Shown here: one piece after another, positions 9,043 to 18,600 of the stretch
Numbering within the stretch: position 1 is the stretch's first letter
Layout: every line of letters begins with the position of its first letter
IMG/VR virus record: IMGVR_UViG_3300022700_000085
Coordinates: 1-62,285 of that record
Strand: one strand, 5' to 3'
Source: a virus
Taxonomy: Duplodnaviria > Caudoviricetes
DNA length: 62,285 bases
Translations under genes and position numbers: made by a program
The notes under the pieces: model-generated
What the model was told of the DNA's origin: nothing
Database searches by the model: none
Seen by the model: the letters and a program-made list of their open reading frames with translations, nothing else

Positions 9043-9983
9043 CAAAAATGACCGGACCCTGTCACTAGTAATAGTGACATGAAAACGCAACAAATTGCTG
9101 GAACAGCCCGCTAGGCAAGAGGTACGAGGATGAAGTGTCGCAGATGTAAAAATGACAAAGATTTGTCAATGTTCTATAAGCACAAAAGAACTAAGACTGG
9201 TCATGAATATATCTGCAAGCCATGTAGAAATTTACTTCATAATGCTAGGATATATGGAATATCTGAATGGTTTATTGAATATCTATATTCACATGAACAA
9301 TGTATGTGTTGTGATGAAATGTTTACAAGTAATAAAGATAGACATATTCATCACAATGATCAAGGCGTCCAAGGTCTTATTTGTATTCATTGTAATTATA
9401 TTCTTGGTCAAGAGACCGAAGAAGATTTACAAAGAATAGAAAAAGCTTTGATATACATGAAATCATCCCGTGACAATCTTCTTGATAGGGTCAATCAGCA
9501 GGTAGAGCCTCAGAGAATTGGAAAGGTATTTAATTTTACTGAGGAATCTTCAGAGAATAGAGGTTGCGAATCCCAGACATGCTCTCAATGCAAAAGATAT
9601 TTAACAATGAACTCTTTTCGCACACAACATAAAGTGTATAGAAAAGTTTGTTGGGATTGCAAGAGAAGTAATGAAAGGCTATTACATTCAAAACAAGCAA
9701 AAGAAGCAAGGAATAAAGCTTCAAATTGTGCTTGTTGCGATTGTGAACTGATTAAGAAGTATTTACATCATATAGGTACCACCGTGTTTGGTGTTGTATG
9801 CAATAGATGTAGTCAACTTCTTGGCGATGAATCAGAACAACGCAAGATGCAGTTGTTAGCCTGCAAGCTGTGGATAGAAGATAACCACAGTTGGGATTAT
9901 GGTTTATTCCGACCTACATGGAAACATGTAGAGTGTGGCAGAAATGACCACACCCGTGAAACGGTGGCACGGTAACAAATGTG
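9043..9983 (+). mobile_element. Group I self-splicing intron 2 in the capsid gene (941 nt)
   Basis: P1 GGUU/GACC with U.G; P2 TGTCACTA-GTAA-TAGTGACA; P3 CGCAAC(9086)/GTTGCG(9563); P4 TGCTGG(9096)/TCAGCA(9495); P7 GAGAATA(9553)/TATTCC(9905); P8 AATCCCA/TGGGATT; P9 CTACATG-GAAA-CATGTAG; terminal G9983. Confidence 0.92.
9130..9975 (+). CDS. Intron-encoded putative homing endonuclease with two tandem EndoVII-like domains, paralog of 8109..8918
   Basis: Same repeated Cys/His pattern (HIHH..CIHCN; YLHH..CNRCS); GAGG RBS. Confidence 0.75.
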   Translation: MKCRRCKNDKDLSMFYKHKRTKTGHEYICKPCRNLLHNARIYGISEWFIEYLYSHEQCMCCDEMFTSNKDRHIHHNDQGVQGLICIHCNYILGQETEEDLQRIEKALIYMKSSRDNLLDRVNQQVEPQRIGKVFNFTEESSENRGCESQTCSQCKRYLTMNSFRTQHKVYRKVCWDCKRSNERLLHSKQAKEARNKASNCACCDCELIKKYLHHIGTTVFGVVCNRCSQLLGDESEQRKMQLLACKLWIEDNHSWDYGLFRPTWKHVECGRNDHTRETVAR

Positions 9984-11306
9984 ATGGCCAACTTGGTCCA
10001 CCGCGACTTTTCTCCCGCAGTCGCTAGTTATGGTGATGTAGTTAATACTCGCCGACCTAGTGAGTTCTCTATTCGACGTAAAGCACAATCGGATAGTGTT
10101 GATAATCAGGATGCGCAAAGCACAAACGTGCAGGTTCCGTTGAATCAGCATGTTTATGTTTCATTCACAGTCAAGGACGAAGAAGCCAGTATGTCTTTCA
10201 AAGAATTGGTTGAATATTACATGCAGCCCGCTTCAATGGAAATGGGCCGTGCTGTTGATCGTGTTCTACTCGGTCAGGTGCATGAATTCCTAGATGAGCG
10301 AGCTGGTAAGCTTGCTACTATGTCTTCATCCAATGCTAAAGAATATGTGCTGGATGGTCGTGAAGTTATGAATACGAACAAGGCTTACCCCACTGGGCGT
10401 AATCTTGTTATCAGTCCACAGGCTGAAACTGAGATGCTCAAGACTGAGCTGTTTATTGCTGCTGAAAAGCGTGGCGATATGGGCACCGCTCTTGAGGAAG
10501 CACGTCTCGGTCGTATTCTCGGTTATGATGTTTATATGGATCAGAACGTGCCTTATGTAGCACTTTCTGGTGCTGATATTAATACCTTGAATCATGCTGG
10601 CGGTGCTAGCGCTGGTGACACTGGTAATAAGGCTTGCACAAGTACTGATGAAGTCACCAATGGTGAATTCGTCTGGTTCACAGGTGAAGGTCAGCCACAT
10701 GTAATCAGTGCTCATACTGGGTCAGGTTCAACCACCGGTGTTACACTAGTTGATGCGTATGATTACGATGTTTCAGCTAATGCCGTTGGCTACGCTTTCA
10801 ATGCCTGTGCAGTTGACTTAAGTGGTCACACCAGTGCAAATAGCAGCATCACTGCTTACGGTGCTGGCTATGATAAGAAAATCCGTTTGGATAATTGTAC
10901 AGCTAATAAGAAACCTGTTCAGGGTCAATTGTTAGCTTTTGGTACTGGTAATAGTCGAAATACCTACACGATTATTCAGGTTGAGTCCGTAAACACAACT
11001 TGTTGTTATGTGTGGTTAGATCGTCCTCTTGACGCAGCAATCAGTAATGATGATGACGCATTCCCAGGACCGCATGGTTCAATGTGTATGGGTTTCCACC
11101 GCGATGCGTTGGCTCTCGTCAACCGTCCGCTGGCTCTGCCGAATCAGTCATTTGGTGTGCAGTCTGGTGTTGGTTCTTATAATAACCTGTCAATGCGTGT
11201 TGCTATGCAATACGATATTAGTTCACAGGGTACTGTCGTAACCCTAGACATGCTGATGGGTGTTAAGGTGCTTGACAGCAATCTCGGTGTGTTACTCTTG
11301 GCGTAA
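9984..11306 (+). CDS. Major capsid protein exon 3 (P22 coat-like, HK97 fold); spliced product 471 aa
   Basis: MANLVHRDF...GDVVN.RRP, RNLVISP, LGRILGYDVYMDQN, FHRDALALVNRPL and D.LMGVKVLD motifs; central insertion domain; follows scaffold. Confidence 0.9.
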   Translation: MANLVHRDFSPAVASYGDVVNTRRPSEFSIRRKAQSDSVDNQDAQSTNVQVPLNQHVYVSFTVKDEEASMSFKELVEYYMQPASMEMGRAVDRVLLGQVHEFLDERAGKLATMSSSNAKEYVLDGREVMNTNKAYPTGRNLVISPQAETEMLKTELFIAAEKRGDMGTALEEARLGRILGYDVYMDQNVPYVALSGADINTLNHAGGASAGDTGNKACTSTDEVTNGEFVWFTGEGQPHVISAHTGSGSTTGVTLVDAYDYDVSANAVGYAFNACAVDLSGHTSANSSITAYGAGYDKKIRLDNCTANKKPVQGQLLAFGTGNSRNTYTIIQVESVNTTCCYVWLDRPLDAAISNDDDAFPGPHGSMCMGFHRDALALVNRPLALPNQSFGVQSGVGSYNNLSMRVAMQYDISSQGTVVTLDMLMGVKVLDSNLGVLLLA

Positions 11307-11318
11307 GTTTAATCTTGT

Positions 11319-11351
11319 CTCAGCGGGTGCTTAGCACCCGCTGAGCTTTTT
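11319..11351 (+). terminator. Rho-independent terminator after the capsid gene
   Basis: CTCAGCGGGTGC-TTA-GCACCCGCTGAG followed by a T run. Confidence 0.85.
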
Positions 11352-11364
11352 CTAGGAGTATAAT

Positions 11365-11649
11365 ATGGCAGACAGGTTTTTTGCTGATGCTACAATCCCG
11401 CCCGTTGGATACAGGCAACTTACTAATCTAAGTTCTGCTATTGGCATTCAAATTGGTGATGGTCGAGTAGCTTTGATCCAAGCACTAAATCAGAATATTA
11501 GATGGAGAGATGATGGCACAAACCCTACTGCTAGTGTTGGTATGCGTCTTCATGCTGGTGAATCTTTTTTATATACAGGTGATCTTCGCGCCATCCGATT
11601 CATCGAAGAAAGTGCTGGAGCAGAAATAAATATAAGTGTGTATCAATGA
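11365..11649 (+). CDS. Small virion/head protein
   Basis: AGGAG RBS; IRWRDDGT.PTASVGM.L motif; position after the capsid gene. Confidence 0.55.
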   Translation: MADRFFADATIPPVGYRQLTNLSSAIGIQIGDGRVALIQALNQNIRWRDDGTNPTASVGMRLHAGESFLYTGDLRAIRFIEESAGAEINISVYQ

Positions 11650-12347
11650 AAAAAGTCACACCGATGAGGCATCTCAACCCTTTTGTTCCACTAAGTGAGA
11701 GCACAGGGAAACTTGAAAAACGTGAAAACGTTTACACTTTATTACAGTTAAGTGTGATAGCTGATGAAATCGGAAACTTTAATCATAGTATTTCTAGTTT
11801 TATTGAAATTGATTATGACGTAGAAGTACATAATAATCATGGCAGTGATCCTTCTTCACAAACGTTGAATTTTCTTTCTTCTGTTAATCAAATAATGAAC
11901 AAAGAAAGAAGTTTAACTTCAAATATTTCTTTGTCTAGTCATGTTCACATTTCGTTAGATGGTTATCATCCAGCTAATGAATTACATGTCACAGCTAATG
12001 AAAGTGTTTCAGTCGGCCAACCTGTTTATATATCATCAAATAACACTGTAAACCTTGCTGACGCTGATTCAACATTAACTTCTTCTGTTGTAGGTTTAAT
12101 AAAAACAGTTGCTACACAAAATGAAGAAACGATAGTTTTGACGGAAGGAAGTTTAACACAAAATGATTGGACTTCAGTCATTGGTGCTGCTAATTTGACA
12201 CCGGGGAGCATTTATTATTTAGATACAGAAAAAGGTAGTATGAATACTTCCCCACCGATTGAGGATGATGATGTTATAGTTAGTTTAGGGGTAGCCGTTA
12301 CAAACAAGAAGTTTGATATCGAAATAAATGAAGTGGCAGTGTTATGA
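11646..12347 (+). CDS. Virion protein with C-terminal cement/decoration-like domain shared with 50139 and 50606
   Basis: GQPVY...V.LA.A...VVGL...TEG...W...LTPG..YYL...G.....P....V..LG.A pattern. Confidence 0.55.
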   Translation: MKKVTPMRHLNPFVPLSESTGKLEKRENVYTLLQLSVIADEIGNFNHSISSFIEIDYDVEVHNNHGSDPSSQTLNFLSSVNQIMNKERSLTSNISLSSHVHISLDGYHPANELHVTANESVSVGQPVYISSNNTVNLADADSTLTSSVVGLIKTVATQNEETIVLTEGSLTQNDWTSVIGAANLTPGSIYYLDTEKGSMNTSPPIEDDDVIVSLGVAVTNKKFDIEINEVAVL

Positions 12348-12592
12348 TAAATTATGCAGACTTTTTCAAAGATTTTGGGCCTTTAATCGGTGTTATTTTG
12401 TTCTTTATTTGGCGTGACTGGAAGCGCGAAGAAGATTTAGTTAATCGTGTGAAAGCTTTAGAAGATTTTCAACAATCAACTTTGCTTGAACTAAGTAAAA
12501 AAAGTAATGAAGTAATCCAATCAAATACACAACAATTAAAATGGATGACAAATATAGTTACACATTGTCAATCAGGGCAGAAAAATGGTTAG
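12344..12592 (+). CDS. Holin-like membrane protein (BhlA/UviB-like architecture)
   Basis: Single N-terminal TM (FGPLIGVILFFIW) followed by KREE coiled coil, 82 aa. Confidence 0.5.
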   Translation: MINYADFFKDFGPLIGVILFFIWRDWKREEDLVNRVKALEDFQQSTLLELSKKSNEVIQSNTQQLKWMTNIVTHCQSGQKNG

Positions 12593-13088
12593 ACCTAATT
12601 ATAACTTGATCCGATTCATTCGACGTAATATTAGAATGATGAAAAAGGATTATGGAAGCCCTATAACAATATATAAGTTAAATGGCACAACAACCAATGT
12701 TAAAACAGGGGTAAAAACAGTAGATCGAGATTCTATTTTTGTTCGTCGGGCCGTAGTTTTACCTAATCATTTAACAAGAGAACAAATACAATCCATTTCA
12801 CTTATTTCAGCTAACAAAAAGATTGTTCAAGGAGGCGCTTTTGATCCTGGTAGGCGGCGTTTCATCATTGACAGGAGTGACGTGCCAAATTGGGAATTAG
12901 CTCAAGATGATTGGCTTGTTTATGATGGAAAAAGATTCGATATAAAAACTATTGATGATTTTGAACAAAATACTGCTTGGTATATTGTCGCCAAAGAAAT
13001 AGAGGGTGTAACACCTGAACAAGATAGATATGGTTATCCAAACCATCACATAGATTTTGATCAAACAATTAATTATACGGTGGCATAA
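12585..13088 (+). CDS. Probable head-closure/neck protein
   Basis: Synteny; D.LVYDGKRFDIK beta-barrel-like C-terminus. Confidence 0.5.
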   Translation: MVRPNYNLIRFIRRNIRMMKKDYGSPITIYKLNGTTTNVKTGVKTVDRDSIFVRRAVVLPNHLTREQIQSISLISANKKIVQGGAFDPGRRRFIIDRSDVPNWELAQDDWLVYDGKRFDIKTIDDFEQNTAWYIVAKEIEGVTPEQDRYGYPNHHIDFDQTINYTVA

Positions 13089-13576
13089 TGGAAAACCTAC
13101 CTAGATGGATATTTGCATCAGTTGCTTGGCATTTTAAAGAAATAGCTGATAATAACAATATCCCTTTATTTATTGAAGGTATTGACGAACGTGAAAGTGA
13201 AGATTCTGAGCAAGACCATGTTGAGTTAAGGCTAACAGGCCCGATTATAAAAGAAGTCAGCAAAGATTATTATACATTTGATACTGTTGTTAACTTTCTT
13301 GTGACTAATTTGATGTCAATGTCTGGTAATAACGCATATAAAATAATTGATTGGTGTGGAATCCTTGCTTATGAAATGAATAAACCATTACCTATTTATA
13401 AATATGGTTCTGGACCGGATGATGATGACAGTTTAATAAAATGTATGCAAGTTAAAAAGAATAAATCTAGCTCTGTTAAAATATTTCATTTTGGTCAAAT
13501 TGACAAAACAAGTAGAATACGTCAATCGGAGATTGATGCTAGTTATGAAATGGATATTAAATTAAATGAAGTTTAG
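13088..13576 (+). CDS. Probable tail terminator/completion protein
   Basis: Size and position immediately before the tail tube gene. Confidence 0.45.
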   Translation: MENLPRWIFASVAWHFKEIADNNNIPLFIEGIDERESEDSEQDHVELRLTGPIIKEVSKDYYTFDTVVNFLVTNLMSMSGNNAYKIIDWCGILAYEMNKPLPIYKYGSGPDDDDSLIKCMQVKKNKSSSVKIFHFGQIDKTSRIRQSEIDASYEMDIKLNEV

Positions 13577-13701
13577 ATTCTCGCGCGGAAGAGAATCATA
13601 ACCAGTTATACTGGTGTTTACCGCTTTTGCGGGTCTCATATTAAAAGTATTTATAATCGCGGATTAAATACTTCTTTTGAAATCAAATAGGAGAATCTAT
13701 A

Positions 13702-14457
13702 ATGGCTCGAATTGAACTAAGAGATGTTTCCATCTATATACAAGATGGTTTAAGCGGCAGCGCTAATCTTAGTGCTAACGCAACTGTAAATGATGCAACA
13801 ATTAATATTAACACTGTTAATTTAAATACCAGTGATACAGAGCTTGTTCCTGTCGGTGCTCGTTTGACAATTAACGGCGAAGACGCAAACACAGTTCATA
13901 CTGTTACTGCTCGTGATCCTTCTGATAATAGCCCTACCACTTGTGTCACTATTAGTCCTGTCGTTGGTTCTGGTAATTACAATAGTGGGAATGCTGAAGG
14001 GTCAATCACTTTTTACCCTCAACGTGTGATGGTGCAAATAGGTGAAGGGAATCTTACTTGGTCTGAGACCAAAGAATATGAATATTTGACTGAACGTGGT
14101 GACCTCGATACAGTTAAAGAAGCTAATGAACAACCTGTTGAAATGTCGCTAGATTTTGTTTATGAATACATTAAAACAGAATCCGGTCAAGATATCACCC
14201 CCGTTGATGCCTTGAAACAAAAAGGCGAAGCAGACGAATGGGTAACTAGTGCTGATGATCAATGCGAGCCATATGCTGTGGATGTATTGGCTAAGCATTG
14301 TGTTCCATGTGGTACTGATCAAGATGAAGACGTTTTATTTACTGATTTCCGATATGAAAGTTTGGATTTTGATGTAGGCGAAGCAACTATATCTGTTTCT
14401 GGCAGATGTAATGTTAGTGAACCTACAGTCACTCGCTCTGATGATGCAGAGTGTTAA
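13702..14457 (+). CDS. Major tail (tube) protein
   Basis: AGGAG RBS; acidic beta-rich 251 aa; followed by a hairpin, chaperone and tape measure. Confidence 0.7.
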   Translation: MARIELRDVSIYIQDGLSGSANLSANATVNDATININTVNLNTSDTELVPVGARLTINGEDANTVHTVTARDPSDNSPTTCVTISPVVGSGNYNSGNAEGSITFYPQRVMVQIGEGNLTWSETKEYEYLTERGDLDTVKEANEQPVEMSLDFVYEYIKTESGQDITPVDALKQKGEADEWVTSADDQCEPYAVDVLAKHCVPCGTDQDEDVLFTDFRYESLDFDVGEATISVSGRCNVSEPTVTRSDDAEC

Positions 14458-14468
14458 TTGATAATCAG

Positions 14469-14497
14469 TGGCAGGGGTCATTTCATGGCCCCTGCTA
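14469..14497 (+). terminator. Stem-loop after the tail tube gene (terminator or stabiliser)
   Basis: TGGCAGGGGTCA-TTTCA-TGGCCCCTGCTA; weak U-tract. Confidence 0.55.
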
Positions 14498-14525
14498 GCT
14501 GATGTTATTTTAAAGGAGATGTAAA

Positions 14526-14981
14526 ATGAAAATTGGTGGAGTAGAAGTACAAACCAGCGAAGAAATTTTAGTTCTTCCTCGAAGTTTAGGTGAGGATATT
14601 ATTATTCGTGCAAAGCCGGTAAAAATCAATGAAGAGTTTGAAAAACGAATACCTGAACCTACACCTCCAAATGTAAGAACTAAAAGTGGTTCCGAACCTG
14701 ATTATAGTGATGAAAACTATAAAAAAGCATTAAAAATTAGAAATGAACAACGCCTTAATTTTTTGATTATTAAATCATTGGAACCAAGTGAAATTGAATG
14801 GGAAGAAGTAAATATTGACACTCCGGGCACTTGGTCCAAATGGTCAAAAGAATTAATTGAGGCAGGGATTTCTGAAATTGAGCTTAACCGTATTACTGAT
14901 GCGGTCATGTCTGCTAATTCACTTGATGAAGAAAAAATTGAGGAGGCACGTAAAAGTTTTCTTCATGGTCAGGGGGCGTAA
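14526..14981 (+). CDS. Tail assembly chaperone (gpG-like)
   Basis: Between tail tube and tape measure genes; overlapping start-less -1 frame follows. Confidence 0.7.
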   Translation: MKIGGVEVQTSEEILVLPRSLGEDIIIRAKPVKINEEFEKRIPEPTPPNVRTKSGSEPDYSDENYKKALKIRNEQRLNFLIIKSLEPSEIEWEEVNIDTPGTWSKWSKELIEAGISEIELNRITDAVMSANSLDEEKIEEARKSFLHGQGA

Positions 14982-15187
14982 GTAAAAAAGTCCTCTGGCC
15001 ACCGCACAGGTCAAGTAAATATATAATATGGTTAGCTTGTCAAAAATTCGGTATTCGCCCACCTGGAGTCAAGGAAACTTGGGAAGAATGCGATGTTTTA
15101 ACACAAGCTGATCTTATTGCTTTTTGTCAGACTCAAGAACATTCTGATGCGGAAAAATTTAGCAAGGTGATGCCTAAATTAATATGA
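14954..15187 (+). CDS. Frameshift extension of the tail chaperone (gpT-like, -1 frame)
   Basis: -1 frame open 14954-15187 (…VLWPPHRSSKYIIWLACQKFGIRPPGV…), no usable ATG, TGA overlaps next ATG. Confidence 0.65.
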   Translation, partial: KFSSWSGGVSKKVLWPPHRSSKYIIWLACQKFGIRPPGVKETWEECDVLTQADLIAFCQTQEHSDAEKFSKVMPKLI

Positions 15188-15693
15188 AATTTGAAACTGA
15201 GTTTTATGATATAACACTGGATGTTAAAGCATATAAAAAGGAATTATTAAAATATCTCAGGGATATTAATGAGCGCGCTGGCCAAGCTTGGATTGATACG
15301 GTTGTTAATAAAACACCTATCCCAACTTGGTCAGGTGCATCTAGAGCCACCTTTAAAAAATTAGCAAATGAGTTAGGAACTTCGGTTCCTATTGGACCTA
15401 TAAAAGCAAATAAAAACAGAGTCTCACTTGGCGAATCAACATCTTCACGAAGTGGTGTTGTAGAAGATAGCAATGATGCTTATGTTGGATTTTTATATTC
15501 AACTAATTTAAGGTATCTTCGATATAATGAATATAATAGAGCCACAGCAGGACCACCGCCTCAACCTTTTAGTAATAATGTTAAATTCACCCCTTATGGA
15601 TTTCAAGAAAAAGGCGCAAAAGTTTGGCAAGAAATAGCAAAAAAAGCCGAACTCCCAGATCCTTATAAATACTTGAGTAAGAAAAGGATGTAA
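15184..15693 (+). CDS. Hypothetical tail/neck protein (HK97 gp10-like motif)
   Basis: TPIPTWSGASRA resembles the TP.DTG.LR motif; tail cluster. Confidence 0.4.
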   Translation: MKFETEFYDITLDVKAYKKELLKYLRDINERAGQAWIDTVVNKTPIPTWSGASRATFKKLANELGTSVPIGPIKANKNRVSLGESTSSRSGVVEDSNDAYVGFLYSTNLRYLRYNEYNRATAGPPPQPFSNNVKFTPYGFQEKGAKVWQEIAKKAELPDPYKYLSKKRM

Positions 15694-15695
15694 TA

Positions 15696-18600
15696 ATGGC
15701 TCAAATAACACAAAAACTAGGTTTCAAAGCAACCGGTGCATTGAGAAGCCTAGGCGCACTTTCCACCAAATTAGATAGAGCCAATGAATCACTGCGCAAT
15801 TTTAAAGGGACCGCTGATAAAGCTGGAGGAACACAAGGTTTAGGCGGTGTACAAAAAGGGTTAGATAAAACAACTAAAAAAACTAATAATATGACTATTA
15901 GTTGGCAGACGATGGCAAGAATCATCGAAACTCAAATTATTGTCAGGTCTATTACACAGCTTTCTCAGGCTCTTCAGGATGCCACTGGTAGAGCTAGAGA
16001 ATTAGGTCTCGCTGTTGAAGAAGTTCAAACAATTAGTGGGAGAACCAAAGGAAGCAAAGAACTAACACAAGATATTTTAAACTTATCTGATGTTCTTTCT
16101 AGCACCCCTCAAGATCTTGCAGAAGGTTTATATCAAACTTTATCTAATCAGGTGGTAAAAGCTGGTGAAGCACTTGAATTTACTGCTGATGCTTCTAGAC
16201 TTGCTACTGTGACGGCTTCTGAAACTGGTGATGCTGTTAATGCTTTGTCATCTGTAATGAACTCTTATGGCAAAAATGCTTCTCAAGTTTCACACATTTC
16301 AGACACATTATTTAAAACAATTGAATTAGGTCGTGTTCGTTTAAATGAGATGGCAGATATTATTGGTCGTGTTACACCTCTCACTGCTCAATTAGGTATA
16401 ACTTGGGAAGAGACTGCCGCCTCTATTGCCACTATGACTCGGCAAGGTGTTCGTGCTGATACAGCTATCACTCAATTAAGAGCTGTAGTCAATAAATTGA
16501 TTAAACCTAGCGAGAATATGAAAGATTTGTATCGAGAATGGGGTGTGAAGACTGGTAAACAAGCTATAGAAACCTTCGGCGGTTTAAAAGGAGTGTTAGA
16601 AAAAGTAATGGAAACAACTGGAGGAAGCACAACTGAAATAGCTAAACTATTTAGACGTGTTCGCGCCACTACCGGTGTTATTAGTATAATGGCGGATGAA
16701 GGAGATCTTTTATCTGAATCTTTGAAAGGTATAGAAGAAGCATCTGGAGCATCAGCAAACGCTTTTGAGCAGTTTTCTCGTTCTGATGCTCATCAAATGA
16801 CGCTAGCGATGCAGGAGATGGAAAACAGTCTTACTCGTGCCGGTTTGAAATTGATGCCTACTTATACTAAACTTCTTGAGTTTGCTTCCAATGAGATAGA
16901 TAATTTTGCTGATGGTTGGTTAAAAGTCACTGGTCAAATGACTGATGCCAGGCGTCTATCCATCACTTATAGAAATGAAGTAGAAAAAACACAAAAAATA
17001 CTGGATAAAAGAAATGAAAACTTTGCTGAAGAACAAAGAAATAGATTTAAAGGTTTAACTGAAACAGCGAGAAAATACTACAATGTTATTAATAAGAGAG
17101 AATTAGCTCTTGCTAAAATTAGAGATGATTCTATAGACAGAGCCAGCAGTGAGTACAAATCTTCATTAGATAATATTGTTGGAGTATATGAAGACGCAGT
17201 AAAAAGAATAGGTAAAGCAGTAGAAAATGCTAACGATAGAATAAAATCAAATACACAAGAAGTAGCAAATATACAGCAAAAGATAGATGAAAAAAGATTA
17301 GAAGGAAAGCTATCGAGAACCAAAAATGTTTATAGCAAACTTAGAATTCTAGATGAAGAGTATTCTCGAGCAAGAGCCAAAGCCCGTGAAGCAACCAGTG
17401 AAATAGATTACACCAAAGAAAGTAAAGAAAGAGCTAAAGCCGCCAGGGAAGTAGCTTTAAATCTTGCTGAACAAAGAGAACAATTAGCAGGTCAAACAGG
17501 GCATCTTGGATTCATAAAAAAGTATAGAAAAGATACTATCAGTGAACTCAAAGGAATGCAAAATATAGAAAAAACAGCTAACAAAAGAATCAAAGATAGG
17601 CTACCTGATTTAAAAGAACAATTAAAAATCCGAAAAAAAGAGTTGGGAACACTTAAAAATTTAGTAAAACAACTAAAGGATTTGACTCAAGAAGGTTTAA
17701 TTGATAGTGATATAGCCATAAGCAGAGTAAATGAAGTAGGCGAAAAAATAAACGATATCCTCGGTAGCGCAGAAAACAGCGACCTCTTTATGGATTCCTT
17801 AAAACTTAAAGAGCAAACAGGAGCTATTAAAGAAGGTTTACAAATTGCTTTTGATTCTGCGAAAATAGATTGGAAAGCAGAAGTAAAAAGAGCCAGAGCA
17901 GCATTTGAAGGTGAAGTAATAAAAATAAAAACTAAGTTTGACCCTGAAGGAAAAACACCCAAAAGAGCTGCCGCATTGGGGCTAGAAAAAAGAGAGGATC
18001 AAACTATAAGTGAATTTAATGTACAACTTTTAGAAGAAGCTAAAAAGCAACTAAATAAACAAGCAATTTTAGAAAAAGAGATAGGTGATATAAGGGTAAA
18101 TAATAAAAAGGAACTCAACACAGCATTAAGAAGTCAACAAGCTGTAAAAACAGCAATTAGAGATCAAGTTGTAGATATTAGACATGCAGCAGAAGCAAAT
18201 GCTTTATTAGCAAGACAGGCAGGTAGAACACTAAATGTAGAAAAAGAATTTAATAGACTTCTAAAACAAAGAACTCCTACACTTGCTTCGGTAAAAACAG
18301 GTTTTGAAAATATTTATCAAAACATAAGAAAAGGAAAAGAAGTAAGCACTGAAGAAATTAATGTGCTTGGAAGTAAAATTGTAAAAGCAGCAGAACATAA
18401 AAAATTAACTGCCGATCATCAAAGACTTCTATTTGAAATTGTAAACAAGTTAAGAGAATGGAGCACTATTTCACAAAAAATAGCTGATAAACAAAAGCAA
18501 ATACCAGAAAAGGAAAAACTTGAAGTATCAAAACAAATAATAAAAGAAGCAAGAAGATTAAAAGAGGCATATGAAAATAATATAGGTTTAATTGAAGCAG

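Noticed and set aside
9981-9983. GTG as the capsid start codon (ORF track)
   Set aside because: No good RBS; G9983 fits the intron omega-G and the upstream exons restore a typical coat N-terminus
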